From positions 32,001 to 96,000 of the IMG/VR virus record IMGVR_UViG_3300009671_000009: a stretch of DNA of 64,000 nt. One strand, given 5' to 3'. The translations under genes were made by a program, and so were the position numbers. Of this stretch, positions 26,056-37,800 are shown in pieces. The DNA comes from a virus. Its lineage: Duplodnaviria > Caudoviricetes. A model generated the notes under the pieces. The model saw nothing but the letters and a program-made list of their open reading frames with translations. It was not told where the DNA came from and did no database searches. Position 1 is the stretch's first letter. Each line of letters begins with the position of its first letter.

Positions 26056-27388
26056 GTATATGAATATTTTCCGCGAGACAGCAGAGAATCTTCTATACTT
26101 GACACTACCACTACATCTGATGGAGCTGGGATATAAGATACACGAGGGGCAGACATATTTGTATGCCCCTGGTGAAATTCCAGTATGTCTACTAGCTCAT
26201 GTCGATGTAGTGCATAAACGTGTCGAGCCAGAGATTTTCTTTGATAGTAAGAAAGGAGTTCTATGGAGCCCTGACGGCATAGGAGGAGACGACCGAGCAG
26301 GAGTAGCAGGGATTATGGAGCTACTTAATCGAGGCTATAAACCTCACGTACTGTTCTTGGACTATGAGGAAACTGGTTGCGTCGGAGCTATGGACGCAGC
26401 TAAAGAACTAAAGGCTCCCGAAGTAAACTGCTTAATTGAACTTGACAGAAAAGGTCATGTTGATGCTTGCTTCTACGATCTCGATAATAAAAAATTTGAA
26501 AAGTATGTTGAGAGTTTTGGATTCAAGTACGAATGGGGCATCTACACGGACATTTGCGAGATCTGTCCGACCTGGGGTATTGCAGGTGTTAATCTATCTA
26601 TTGGATATTACAACCCTCATACTAATGAGGAGTTTGTGCGACTCAATGAATGGTTGGATACTGTAAACAAGGTAGAAAAAATCTTAAAGAGACCACCGCA
26701 GCATGTTTATAAGTATACTGCAAAACGCTGGGGCAAATACGATTACGACTATGGTTATAACAACTATGGTTACTGGCAGAATGGTCAGTTTCATAGATAT
26801 AACGATTACTATGATGATCACTATAGTCATTGCCAACCAATTACTACTGCCAATACTCAGTTCAATAAGTCTAACCCACAAACGTATGGATCTTCTGGGT
26901 TAAGCAGTGCAGACCGAGAGAAGCTCTTGAGAGCGTGTGGTGAATACGCAGTAAAGCCTAAGACCGAGGCAACAGCAAGTGGAGGAAAATCTACTGCTCT
27001 TGCGAAGGCTGGGCCAGTGCCGAAGTACAAGTATAACAACGATCCAGACAGTCCCCACTACGGCTGTAGAGAATACTATGAAGACAATTTCATTGATCTA
27101 CCAGAAGAACCCGAATTAGAAGTTGAAGGTTCTAGAGTATATAGCGGATCTGTTTCTAAGTACGGACACAATGGATATGTTGAAAAAGAATTTACACTCA
27201 TAGTAACCCTTGCTGCTTCTCATCTAACATCAATATATGGTGGATCAACACTGAAGTGGGCTGAGTGGCTTACTAACAGAATAAGAAGAATTGAAACCAC
27301 AACCCAAGACAAAGTGTTTTCGATCATAGATGAAATGATCATGGAAGATTACAACTACGTATTTACAAATATAATTACAGTGAAATAA
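26045..27388 (+). CDS. M20/M28-like zinc peptidase with low-complexity C-terminus
   Basis: LAHVDVVH, GGDDRAG, EETG, ELDR, TDI, GYYNPHT. Confidence 0.8.
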   Translation: MKFRYMNIFRETAENLLYLTLPLHLMELGYKIHEGQTYLYAPGEIPVCLLAHVDVVHKRVEPEIFFDSKKGVLWSPDGIGGDDRAGVAGIMELLNRGYKPHVLFLDYEETGCVGAMDAAKELKAPEVNCLIELDRKGHVDACFYDLDNKKFEKYVESFGFKYEWGIYTDICEICPTWGIAGVNLSIGYYNPHTNEEFVRLNEWLDTVNKVEKILKRPPQHVYKYTAKRWGKYDYDYGYNNYGYWQNGQFHRYNDYYDDHYSHCQPITTANTQFNKSNPQTYGSSGLSSADREKLLRACGEYAVKPKTEATASGGKSTALAKAGPVPKYKYNNDPDSPHYGCREYYEDNFIDLPEEPELEVEGSRVYSGSVSKYGHNGYVEKEFTLIVTLAASHLTSIYGGSTLKWAEWLTNRIRRIETTTQDKVFSIIDEMIMEDYNYVFTNIITVK

Positions 27389-27407
27389 ATCCACGGAGGT
27401 GGCCTTG

Positions 27408-27878
27408 GTGCCTAAGCCAAAGAAATTCAGATACGAACGCAAAGAAATATACACCGTTGAAGCTGTATTGAGTAAAGTTTTATTTAAATCTAAGCTTCCC
27501 AAGGGTGCAAGCACCAAGGTTAACTTCGATGGCGACCTTGTAAGAATGACATCGACGATGTACCAGAACTTTCTTGTTCATGGTACTAAATGTGTTCGAT
27601 GTGGAGTAGAAGGAAAATTCTTTGCCAAAGAGCGTAGTCCTAGAGACAAATCATATCACTTCAACCTCTACGGCTTTGACGAAAATGGCAGAGAATTAAT
27701 GATGACTCGGGATCACATAATTCCAAGATCCCGAGGCGGCAGCGATCATCTTTCAAACCTACAACCTATGTGCGAAAGATGTAACTCCGCCAAAGGAAAT
27801 GTGTTGGAGGAGGAGATACTAAGTGTCACAGCTTATTGTGGAGATCTGCAAGATTCAGAATCTCTCGAAGCATCCTAA
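27408..27878 (+). CDS. HNH endonuclease
   Basis: CVRCG..TRDHIIPRSRGGSDHLSNLQPMCERCNSAK. Confidence 0.85.
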   Translation: MPKPKKFRYERKEIYTVEAVLSKVLFKSKLPKGASTKVNFDGDLVRMTSTMYQNFLVHGTKCVRCGVEGKFFAKERSPRDKSYHFNLYGFDENGRELMMTRDHIIPRSRGGSDHLSNLQPMCERCNSAKGNVLEEEILSVTAYCGDLQDSESLEAS

Positions 27879-27943
27879 TTTCTTTTAACTAGTCTGCAAT
27901 CGGTTGTTGTGTACCTAATATAATAGTATTAGGTGATACAACA

Positions 27944-28468
27944 ATGTATGATAAAGATGATTTTATTATTAGAGAATTCCCAGGTAGCAAAAGAAAACTC
28001 TACAGAGTTATATGTGATATATGTGGAGAAAAACAAGGATATTCATATCCAAGTTCAAAATTTAACTATTGCAAGAAGTGTCAATATGCAAAACTTTCTC
28101 AACAGTTTTCACGAGAAAAAATAGTAGGATTCTGTGAAGTATGCGGCACTAAAATAGAAAGATCTAAAAGCCAATGGGATCGTGCCAAACACCATGTATG
28201 TAGTAACAGTTGTCTAGGTATTTTTAGGCGAAAAGACATAACACAAGTTTCTAGAAGTCATTTAAGAATAAAAATGCTCCAATCAGGAATCCAACCTGCA
28301 TGTGTTATTTGCGGACATGATCATATATGGAATCTACAAGTACACCATAAGCAATTTGTTTGCATGGAAGGTGCTAATAAATTAGATAACCTTCAGTGGA
28401 TGTGTAAAAATTGCCACGGGGATTTGCATTATATGGAAGGAGAAGATACTGAAGAATGTCAAAACTAA
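27944..28468 (+). CDS. HNH endonuclease with zinc fingers
   Basis: CVICG..LQVHH..NKLDNLQWMCKNCH. Confidence 0.8.
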   Translation: MYDKDDFIIREFPGSKRKLYRVICDICGEKQGYSYPSSKFNYCKKCQYAKLSQQFSREKIVGFCEVCGTKIERSKSQWDRAKHHVCSNSCLGIFRRKDITQVSRSHLRIKMLQSGIQPACVICGHDHIWNLQVHHKQFVCMEGANKLDNLQWMCKNCHGDLHYMEGEDTEECQN

Positions 28469-29577
28469 TTGTTGAAATTGTCAGAATGAAATCTATGGAA
28501 AAGATTCCTACTGCTGATACTCTTTTAATTACTCAAGTAAAAGGCTGGTATTGTATCCTCAAAGATGATGGTACAATTAAGGATGGGGATCTTGCAGTAT
28601 ACATACCTATCGATTCAATCGTCCCTAACGAATTAGCTGACAAGTACAATCTCGAATACCTTAAAAATGGCAGTCGAGTTCGTACAGTCAAGCTCAGAGG
28701 CTACATAAGTCAGGGACTTGTTCTTCCTATTGATTGTCTCCCCGATGGAGACTGGAAAGAGGGCGACGATGTAGCTGAAGTTCTTGGTATTAAGAAATGG
28801 GAACCACCCAGTGCTGCTTGGCAACAGCCAGCAGCTAAGGGTAAGCGCACACGGAGCATGAAGAACAATCCCAATCCAGACTTTCGTAAATACACAGATA
28901 TTGACAATATCAAAAACTATCCAGGTATTTTCAATGAAGGTGACGAAGTTGTAGTCACAGAAAAGATACACGGTACGAATTTCAGAGTAGCGTACATAAA
29001 AAGATATACCAAAGGGGTATGGAGCAAGATTATATCTTGGCTCCTAGGAAAATACCAATTCCTAGTAGGTTCACACAATGTTCAGATCGGAGAAGGTCGT
29101 GAATGTGCATTTTATGGCGCTGACGTGTATAGCAAAATTGCTAAGCGGTATAAGCTGTACGACGTCATGAAAGAAAACCCTGGCTGTGAACTCTTCGGTG
29201 AAATCTACGGAGTTGACAGCGATACAGGGGCTAAGATCCAAGACCTTACATACGGAAAACCCGAACTTGACGTTGTATTTTTTGATCTTATCAAGGATGG
29301 ACAGTATGTGCCATTCGATGAGTTCATGAACTTCTGCAATCGATACAGCTTACCCACTGTGCCACTGCTATTCAGAGGGATTTTGACCCAAGGTATCATA
29401 GAAGCCTGTACTGCAGGCGAATCAGTGCTGGCCAACATTAATGGCGCTAAACAAATTCGTGAGGGAGCTGTTGTTAAGGATCCACTGGAGACCAGTCATC
29501 CAAGACTGGGTCGTAAGATACTTAAATCAATTAGCGAAGATTACCTATTACGTAAAGACGGTACTGAAAATCACTGA
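28456..29577 (+). CDS. RNA ligase, DRB0094 family
   Basis: N-terminal OB domain (RTVKLRGYISQGL), EKIHGTN, FGEIYG, FFDL, REGAVVK, LKSISEDYL. Confidence 0.88.
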   Translation: MSKLIVEIVRMKSMEKIPTADTLLITQVKGWYCILKDDGTIKDGDLAVYIPIDSIVPNELADKYNLEYLKNGSRVRTVKLRGYISQGLVLPIDCLPDGDWKEGDDVAEVLGIKKWEPPSAAWQQPAAKGKRTRSMKNNPNPDFRKYTDIDNIKNYPGIFNEGDEVVVTEKIHGTNFRVAYIKRYTKGVWSKIISWLLGKYQFLVGSHNVQIGEGRECAFYGADVYSKIAKRYKLYDVMKENPGCELFGEIYGVDSDTGAKIQDLTYGKPELDVVFFDLIKDGQYVPFDEFMNFCNRYSLPTVPLLFRGILTQGIIEACTAGESVLANINGAKQIREGAVVKDPLETSHPRLGRKILKSISEDYLLRKDGTENH

Positions 29578-29588
29578 GGTGTTTATAG

Positions 29589-30482
29589 TTGGAATCAATT
29601 TTAAAGCCGATGTTGGCTGATAAACTAACCAAGGATGGCGTTATCTTATGGAACGCCATCCGTTATCCTTTACTGGCAACTCCAAAACTTGACGGCATTA
29701 GATGTTTAAAAATTAACGGACGATGTGTATCGCGTAAGTTTAAACCTATTCCTAATGTCTATGTAAGAAAGTTCATAGAACAATACTACCCAGATAATGT
29801 AGATGGCGAGCTAATGGTGCATGGTGCAACATTTAGCCAAACTTCATCTGCCATCATGAGTCGTGATGGTCAACCAGATTTCTATTTCTGTGTGTTTGAT
29901 TGGGTTAGAGACTCTCTAAAAAAGCCCTATAGCCAACGTATGGAAGATCTACAGACTTTATCAGAGTTGCCAAAAATAAGCTTGCTCTTGCCAACGTTGA
30001 TCGAAAACGAAACTCAGCTTCTTGAATACGAAGAGCGTTGTTTGGATGTGGGATATGAAGGAGTTATGCTTCGTGATCCATATGGGCCATACAAATGCGG
30101 GCGTAGCACAGTAAAACAATTCTATCTTGTTAAACTCAAAAGATTTGAAGACAGCGAAGCAGAAATCATCGGCTTTGAAGAAAAGATGCACAATCTAAAC
30201 GAAGCTAAAGTCGATGAACTTGGTCATACCAAACGAAGCTCCCACAAAGAAAACTTGGTTCCTGCTGGTACATTAGGCAAACTAATAGTCCGCGATATAC
30301 ACCATCCAGAATGGGTACTAGGCATTGGAACAGGTTTTGATGCAAAGCTTGCCAAAGAAATTTGGGATCATCGAGATGAGTGGTCACATCAGATAATCAA
30401 ATATTCATATCAGCTGGCAGGGATGAAAGACCTGCCAAGATTCCCTTCATTTGAAGGAAAGAGAAGTAAGGATGATATGTAA
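29589..30482 (+). CDS. ATP-dependent DNA ligase
   Basis: PMLA, PKLDGIR, DGEL, GYEGVMLR, LVKLK, IGTGF, PRFPSF. Confidence 0.9.
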   Translation: MESILKPMLADKLTKDGVILWNAIRYPLLATPKLDGIRCLKINGRCVSRKFKPIPNVYVRKFIEQYYPDNVDGELMVHGATFSQTSSAIMSRDGQPDFYFCVFDWVRDSLKKPYSQRMEDLQTLSELPKISLLLPTLIENETQLLEYEERCLDVGYEGVMLRDPYGPYKCGRSTVKQFYLVKLKRFEDSEAEIIGFEEKMHNLNEAKVDELGHTKRSSHKENLVPAGTLGKLIVRDIHHPEWVLGIGTGFDAKLAKEIWDHRDEWSHQIIKYSYQLAGMKDLPRFPSFEGKRSKDDM

Positions 30483-30685
30483 TGGATAAAACATTAGTTA
30501 AGTTTTTAAAAATGTTATTTAACATTTCCATAGCCATATTTGTACTATTCGCTACACCCCTGGCCTTCGAATCAATTATATGTATATTATCGGATAATGT
30601 ACTGACTGGAATCGGAGCAGCGTTAGGAATATTAGCTGACGCACTTGCCTTAGTTTGGTTTGTTACAATGGGTCAAACCCATTGA
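30482..30685 (+). CDS. small membrane protein
   Basis: two hydrophobic segments. Confidence 0.55.
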   Translation: MDKTLVKFLKMLFNISIAIFVLFATPLAFESIICILSDNVLTGIGAALGILADALALVWFVTMGQTH

Positions 30686-30710
30686 CATTTTCACCATGAT
30701 TTGTTATAAT
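30682..30710 (+). promoter_or_regulatory. consensus sigmaA promoter
   Basis: TTGACA-17-TATAAT with extended TG. Confidence 0.8.
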
Positions 30711-30734
30711 GTATAATACATGGAGGAAGTAAAC

Positions 30735-30809
30735 AGGAGGGTCGTCTAGCGGCTAGGATAAGGGTCTCCAAAGCCTTTGACTTCGGTTCGAGTCCGAACT
30801 CTCCTGCCA
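30735..30809 (+). tRNA. tRNA-Trp(CCA)
   Basis: AGGGT-CTCCAAA-GCCTT, G73, CCA. Confidence 0.88.
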
Positions 30810-31034
30810 TATAGAAAGAAAGAAGGATCCAATATTCAGTACATATTATACATCCTAAGATGGGCACTGTTGGCATATCCTGGAGCTAAGCTTATTGAGT
30901 TCCTAGATACCAAATGGAAATGGCTTAGTAAACAGTCATTCAAAGTTAAGATGATTGTAACACAGGCAATACTTGGTGCTCTTGTGTATTGGGTAGACCT
31001 AGTTATATTTTCATATATCTAGAGGTGATCTTCA

Positions 31035-31634
31035 ATGAAAGTAGTAGCCATAGCAGGCGGGATATCCTCTGGCAAATCCATGGTGTGCAGCACTATCGAA
31101 CAACTAGGCGGCTATTTCGTTGGTGTTGATGGGTTGTCCAAAAATCTTATGGATCCCCATTCGAGTCCTTCTTGTTTTGATCAAGTGGTCAAAGAATTCG
31201 GCAAAGAGATTCTAAATAATAACAAGATAGACAAATGCCGATTAGGCCAAGTGCTTTTTAAAACAAACGGCTTTAATAGAATTAAGAGGATAATAATGCC
31301 GAGTTTGTTTGAGATCGTATCCAATGAAATAGAACAATGCCGTTCACGCAATTATCAATACGTGTTTGTGGAAGTTCCACTTACGTATCTGACAGAACTC
31401 AGTTCACTATTTGACGAGATAGTACTGGTTGTAACAACAAGACAGGTCGAGAGAGTTATGAAAGACGAGAAGATATCAGAGAAAGAAGCAATCGCGATAG
31501 TTAACTCTCTAGGAGTTGCTGAAGATTATTTAAACCTTGCAACAAGGACTATAACCAACGAAAATGGGATAGACGATCTCAAGGATCAAGTCAATGAATT
31601 ACTTAAACAATTAGGGTGGTCAGATGTTTATTAA
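31035..31634 (+). CDS. coaE: dephospho-CoA kinase-like protein
   Basis: AIAGGISSGKS, VVKEFGKEIL..IDKCRLG, VEVPL. Confidence 0.75.
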   Translation: MKVVAIAGGISSGKSMVCSTIEQLGGYFVGVDGLSKNLMDPHSSPSCFDQVVKEFGKEILNNNKIDKCRLGQVLFKTNGFNRIKRIIMPSLFEIVSNEIEQCRSRNYQYVFVEVPLTYLTELSSLFDEIVLVVTTRQVERVMKDEKISEKEAIAIVNSLGVAEDYLNLATRTITNENGIDDLKDQVNELLKQLGWSDVY

Positions 31635-34600
31635 CCTGCATAACCACAGTGCCCAAGGAAGTTTATTAGATGGATTAAGCCGTGTTAAAGAACTGGCAAG
31701 CCGAGCTAAAGAGCTTGGTCAACCAGCTGTCGCGCTGACAGAACATGGAAGTTTATATAGCATGCTTAAGTTTTACAAGGCATGCAAAGAAACAGAAATC
31801 AAACCTATCCTGGGTTGTGAAGTATATGTCTGTGAAGACAGAACATATAAAGAAAGAGATGTTCTTAACCAGTACTTTCATTTGGTACTACTGGCCAAGA
31901 ACGAAAAAGGATTAGAGAACTTAATAAAAATCGTATCAGATGCAAGTCTGACAGGGTTCTACCAGAAACCTAGAACTGATTTCGCTTTCATGAAACAGCA
32001 CGCAGAAGGAATAATTGCTCTGTCAGCCTGTAGATCTGGCGAAATACCTGTAGCACTAGAAGAAGGAAGATGGAATGACGCAGTTCTATTAACGTATAAC
32101 TACTCTAGAGCATTTGATGAATTTTATCTAGAAGTTGAAGCGTCGGATACCCCAGAGCAACTTAGTCTTAACAAATCAATTGTAGCTCTATCCGAGACTA
32201 CGGGAATTCCAATCGTAGCAACTAATGATTCGCACTATCTTACAAAAGATGATGCTGAGATTCATGAAGTTTTATTAGCTATCCAGACCAACGGTAAAAT
32301 GAGCGACCCTAATAGATTTAAGCTAGATAGCGATTGCTATTGGTTTAAAAGCGAAGAAGAAACTCGTGCATATCTTGCAATGTCGATGAAGGAAAATGAT
32401 ATTGATACAGCGATAGCTAATACTCTCAAGATAGCAGAACAGTGCAATGTTGAACTAAATCTTGGTACTCCATTGTTCCCGAAAGTCGATATTCCAGAGG
32501 GCTTCACTTACGAAGAATATTTAAAACTAGAATCAATTGCTGGTCTTGAAGACAAGATAGCCGAATTCGGGTTAGATCGTGACACGTATGAGGCAAGGCT
32601 AAACTACGAACTTGACGTTGTATTAAACGCAGGCCTATCAAGCTACTTCCTAATGGTTCAGGATATTTATCGCCATGCTAAGGAAACTAATATTCCTTAT
32701 GGGCCAGGTCGTGGTTCAGCTGCTGGATGCTTAATCTCATATTGTATTGGGATTACTTCTGTTGATCCGATCAAACATAACCTTTCATTCGAAAGGTTCT
32801 GGTGTCCTGGTCGGGTAGGATTACCCGATATCGACTGTGACTTTGCACCAGACCGCAGGAAAGATTTGTTTCAGTATATTATAGATAAATACGGTATTGA
32901 TCGCTGCGCCCATATAGCTACTTTTGGAACGCTGCATCCAAGAATGTTAGTGCGTGACATCTGTAGAGCTTTGGAGATCTCTCTAGAAGAAGCAGACGCA
33001 ATTGCCAAATCTATTCCAGAGATGATAACCGACAGTGATACTGGAGACAAAATCAACATCACTATTGATAATGCTCTCGAGGAGTCTGAAGAACTAGCTG
33101 CTTGGGCAGATAAATATCCATACTTATTTACAGTAGCTCGCAAACTTGAAAGGCTGCCTAGACATACGTCGGTACACGCCGCAGGCATCATCATAGCCCC
33201 TATCCAGTTGTTTGGTGTAATGCCTCTTATGAGAAACAAGGCAGCCGATGATCCGCTTCCTGTGTCGATGTTCGACATGGGAGATGTAGAGGAACTCGGA
33301 TTCGTAAAGATGGATTTACTTGGTGTTGACGCCTTACGAGTTATCTGGGACACAGTAATGGATGTTAAGTCCAATCACGGAACAAGCATCGATCTTACTA
33401 AGATAGACCTTGAGGATCCAAAAGTCTATCGAAATATATGCGAGCTTAAAAACTTTGGGGTATTCCAGATATCAACAAACGTTGGTAAAGGAATGGTCTC
33501 GCAAGTTCAGCCGTCCAACTTTAATGAGCTAGTTGACATTTTAGCACTAGCTCGCCCAGGCCCAATGAAATCAGGGCAGGACAGAGATTACGTTATGAGA
33601 AAGATAGGGATCCAAGAGGTTGCATATATCAATCCTCTACTTGAGCCTATCTTGAAGAAAAGTTATGGGGTTATGCTTTACCAAGAGCAACTCATGTCAA
33701 TTACCCGTGCGATGGCGGGATTCGATCATATGGGTGCAGACAAATATAGAAAAGCAGTAGCCAAGAAAAAAGCTGATTTAATGATCCCTTTGAAGGAAAA
33801 GTTTCTCCATGGTTGCGATGAACTTAAAACGCTCAGTACTGAGGTCGCAGAAGAACTATGGAACCAAATGGAACGTTATGGCGGCTATTGCTTTAATGAG
33901 TCCCACTCTGTCTCATATGCTTATATAACGTACTGGACTGCATGGTTAAAAACGTATTATCCAGTAGAATTTATGGCTGCTACTTTGACAAATGAGTTCC
34001 GAGGTAGCGGCAACGATAGAGAAGAAAAGATTTTGGAAGCAATGTTTGAATGTAGAAATATGGATATCAAAGTGCTTCCTCCAAACATAAACGAATCCAA
34101 GGATCGATTCCTGACCGTTGATAACAAAACGATTAGGTTCCCTCTCAATGGAGCCAAAGGAGTAGGCGAGTCTGCTATGGTTGCAATAATGGAAAACGCT
34201 CCATATGACTCGTTTGACGACTTCTTTGCAAGGGTTCCAAAGCGAAACTGCAACAAAAAAGTAGTACAGATTATGGTATTAGCGGGAGCATTCGATTCTT
34301 TGTTTCCAGATAGAGTAAAGCTCATGGAGCACTTCTTTGAACTTCGTAAAGAGGATTTCGATCCTGTAGTCAAGGTAGACCGAAACACTCAACTCAGAGT
34401 TCCTAAAGAGTACAACTTCACTGAGCGACTTGAATGGGAAAGGGTTATCCTAGGTGCTTATATCTCTGGTCATCCCCTCGATTGTTTGCAACTAGACAGC
34501 TGGAAATATAAGATGAAAGGAGCAACGGTTACTGTGGCTGGTAAAATCTATAGCCACCGCAAGGTCGAAATCAAGAAAGGCAAAAGCATTGGTAGAGAAA

Positions 34601-34827
34601 TGGCTATTGTCAATATCGATACCAAGGAGGGCCAGCTGACTATTGTGTTGTTTCCAGACCAGTTTGAAAAGTTTAAGGGAAAAATCCGTAAGAACTATAT
34701 CATTAAAGTTAAAGGCAAACTAGATGAGAGGAATGGCGAGAGACAAGTAATCGCCTCTGAGGTAACCTTACCAAGGATCCCTGGATTCGAAAAACCAAAA
34801 CAAATCTACGATAAAAATGTGGGGTAA
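31624..34827 (+). CDS. dnaE: DNA polymerase III alpha subunit
   Basis: PHP HNHS..SLLDG, GPGRGSAAG, PDIDCDF, HAAG, KMDLLG, YCFNESH. Confidence 0.95.
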   Translation: MFINLHNHSAQGSLLDGLSRVKELASRAKELGQPAVALTEHGSLYSMLKFYKACKETEIKPILGCEVYVCEDRTYKERDVLNQYFHLVLLAKNEKGLENLIKIVSDASLTGFYQKPRTDFAFMKQHAEGIIALSACRSGEIPVALEEGRWNDAVLLTYNYSRAFDEFYLEVEASDTPEQLSLNKSIVALSETTGIPIVATNDSHYLTKDDAEIHEVLLAIQTNGKMSDPNRFKLDSDCYWFKSEEETRAYLAMSMKENDIDTAIANTLKIAEQCNVELNLGTPLFPKVDIPEGFTYEEYLKLESIAGLEDKIAEFGLDRDTYEARLNYELDVVLNAGLSSYFLMVQDIYRHAKETNIPYGPGRGSAAGCLISYCIGITSVDPIKHNLSFERFWCPGRVGLPDIDCDFAPDRRKDLFQYIIDKYGIDRCAHIATFGTLHPRMLVRDICRALEISLEEADAIAKSIPEMITDSDTGDKINITIDNALEESEELAAWADKYPYLFTVARKLERLPRHTSVHAAGIIIAPIQLFGVMPLMRNKAADDPLPVSMFDMGDVEELGFVKMDLLGVDALRVIWDTVMDVKSNHGTSIDLTKIDLEDPKVYRNICELKNFGVFQISTNVGKGMVSQVQPSNFNELVDILALARPGPMKSGQDRDYVMRKIGIQEVAYINPLLEPILKKSYGVMLYQEQLMSITRAMAGFDHMGADKYRKAVAKKKADLMIPLKEKFLHGCDELKTLSTEVAEELWNQMERYGGYCFNESHSVSYAYITYWTAWLKTYYPVEFMAATLTNEFRGSGNDREEKILEAMFECRNMDIKVLPPNINESKDRFLTVDNKTIRFPLNGAKGVGESAMVAIMENAPYDSFDDFFARVPKRNCNKKVVQIMVLAGAFDSLFPDRVKLMEHFFELRKEDFDPVVKVDRNTQLRVPKEYNFTERLEWERVILGAYISGHPLDCLQLDSWKYKMKGATVTVAGKIYSHRKVEIKKGKSIGREMAIVNIDTKEGQLTIVLFPDQFEKFKGKIRKNYIIKVKGKLDERNGERQVIASEVTLPRIPGFEKPKQIYDKNVG

Positions 34828-34835
34828 CTATTTAA

Positions 34836-37800
34836 TTGAACAGTGTGTTAACTGAAAACGCTCTTGATCTGCTTCGCAAGCGTTACTTTAGGAAGGATCT
34901 TAATGAAACAACATGGTGTCAGCTTGCTGATAGAGTAGCAACTGCCGTCGCCGATGCGGAAACAGATGAACAACTTAAGAAATATTGGAGCGAAAAATTC
35001 TACAACATGATTTACAACCTGGAGTTCCTGCCCAGTACTCCATGTCTGATGAACGCCTATAAAGAATCTCCAGGGCAGTTAAGTTCATGCTTTATCTTGG
35101 ATGTCAAAGATAATATTGAAAGTATCTACGCCGTTAAAGGCGAGTGCGCCAAGATATTCCAAAAGAATGGCGGAGCAGGCCTAAACATGTCAGCGCTCCG
35201 ACCGTCTGGTTCGCAGGTTGAAACCTCTAAAGGTTATAGCTGTGGAGTAGTAGGATTCATGGAAGAATATGATCTTACAGCAGACATTGTAACCAGGAAC
35301 AATACCCGCAAGGGTGCAATGAAAGTTGATCTAAACGACTGGCACCCTGATATCTATGAGTTCATTCATGCTAAGGATGATATTACTAAGTTTAAATGCA
35401 TGAATATCTCAGTAAGCTTATCTGATAAATTCATGCAAGCAGTCCTTGGTAATCAAACCTGGGATCTCAAGTTCCCTGACTACTCCTGGAATAAAGAGAT
35501 TTATGATAACGAATGGTGCGGCGACCTTGATCTTTGGGAAGCCAAAGGATACCCTGTCAGGGTATACAAAACCGTTCTAGCTCGCAATCTCTATTTGGAG
35601 ATCATGGAAAGCGCTTGGAAAACTGGGGAACCAGGGGTTTCTTTTAGAGATGCCATGGATAGGGATAATCCAAACCCACATCTTGGCAAAATAAAAGGTA
35701 CTAATCCTTGTGCTGAATTTACATCTCAGCCCTACAATAGCTGTAACTTGGGAAGTATCAACTTATCCAAAGCTGGCAAGACCAAGGACGAAGTACTTGC
35801 ATGGCTTAAGGTAATGGTGCCGCAAGCTGTAAGATTTTTAGACAACATGATTACAGTTAATAAACTTCCGCTTGCAAAGATCGACAAGTTTACCAAGAGT
35901 GTACGAAGTGTAGGCATGGGGGTTATGGGATTTGCTCACCTGTTGTACAATCTAGGAATTCCGTATAACTCCAAAGAAGGATACGAATTTGCCGACAGAC
36001 TATTTGGATACATTCAAGATTTAGCAACACAGACATCTATTAAACTTGCAGAAGAAAAAGGCGTCTACGACGCATGGACTGGCAGCAATTATGACAAGAG
36101 CGGGATTAAAATCCGTAACAGTAATAGACTCTCGATTGCCCCAACTGGTAGCATCAGTTTTATTGTGAATACCAGTGGAGCAATGGAACCTGTTTTTAGT
36201 TTGGTTATGACCAGACGTACCAATGAAGGATATCTATATCACCAGGTTGACCCAGTGTTGGAATCAGAATTGAAGAAACGTGGACTATATTCTGAATCTC
36301 TACTGCAGAAGATAGCAGACAACTATGGCAGATGTACAGGAATTGCAGAGATACCTGAAGACATACAGAAAGTATTTGTAACAGCCTATGATGTGTCTCC
36401 AGCAGAGCACGTTAAGATGTTGTCTGTGATTCAGAAACACGTAGACTTGTCTGCTTCTAAGTGCGTTGCCAAAGGAACATTAATCCAAACGAACAAAGGA
36501 GTTTTCCCAATTGAAAAGCTTGGCGCTGCTCAAGGAGAAGATGTTTTTGGTGAAGCTCTTTCAGATCTAATGGTTCGAGATCAAAATGGCGATTGGAAAA
36601 AAGTATTAAACCATTATTCTGGTGGCATTAAACCAACCAAGAAAGTTTATCTCGATAACGGACAGGTGTTAGAAGGAACTCATGTTCACAGGATCATGAC
36701 TCGTTCTGGATGGAAGAAACTTTCCGATCTAGCCCAGGGAGATTTGATCAAATGTCGTTTTGCTGATTATAGTCTCGGCGATAGAAAAGGAAGCTTATTA
36801 ATTCAGTTTGAACATGAACTAAACACTAGTGCTAAAGATATAAAGTTCCCAACTGCAATGAGTGAATCTTTAGCGTTGTGGCTGGGAATGTTGGCAGCAG
36901 ACGGTTCGAGTACCGAAAGTTCTGGAGCAGTAGTTCTTACTTGTGCTAATGATGAGGTAGAAAAGCTCTTTTCGTCATTAACATATAAATTATTTGGGCA
37001 ACTGACAAGTGTCGAGTATGATCGGAGAACTGATACAACAAGAGCTTGTAAGTTAACTTCTAGAAATCTTGTAAGATTTGTTCAATCTTTGATAGGAAAA
37101 GGTTGCCGCGATAAGCATATACCAGAGCAGATTTTAAATGGATCTGTGGCCGAGCAAAAAGCTTTCTTGAGAGGACTAACACTTGACGGATACGTTGCGA
37201 AGAGATCTCACAGAAATGAACTTGTAATATACGAGGGATATTCTGAAATCTTATGCGACCAAGCCTTATCGCTATGCTATTTATTAGGAATGGCTCCATA
37301 TAAAAGTACCAAAAAAGTTCCTAGTGGTAGATTGAGCAAGAAAACTTTTGGCTTACATGTTGATTGTAGCTTAATTGAACCACTTGAGACTCATAAACAA
37401 TGTAGATGTGAACCGAAAGACCGAATCGTTGATATTCCAGAGAAACTTAAGATAATTAAGGTATCTGCCAAACATCCAAAATATAATACTTTAAGAACTC
37501 TTAGGCGCAGAAGTTTCACTACAACTGTGGATTCTGTTCTTAATGATTTTGAAGTCGCATACGATATAGATGCTTACTATGTAACTGTCAAATCGGTTGA
37601 AGATGGAGTAGCCGAGGTATATGATATCGAGGTAGAAGATACTCATTCTTACTTGGTTAATGGGATCGTATCTCATAATACAGTCAATCTTCCTAACTCA
37701 GCTACTGTTCAGGACGTAATGGATGTTTACATCGACGCCTGGAAGCAAGGCATTAAAGGAATTACAATCTACCGTGATGGTTGCCGTGACAACCAAGTCC

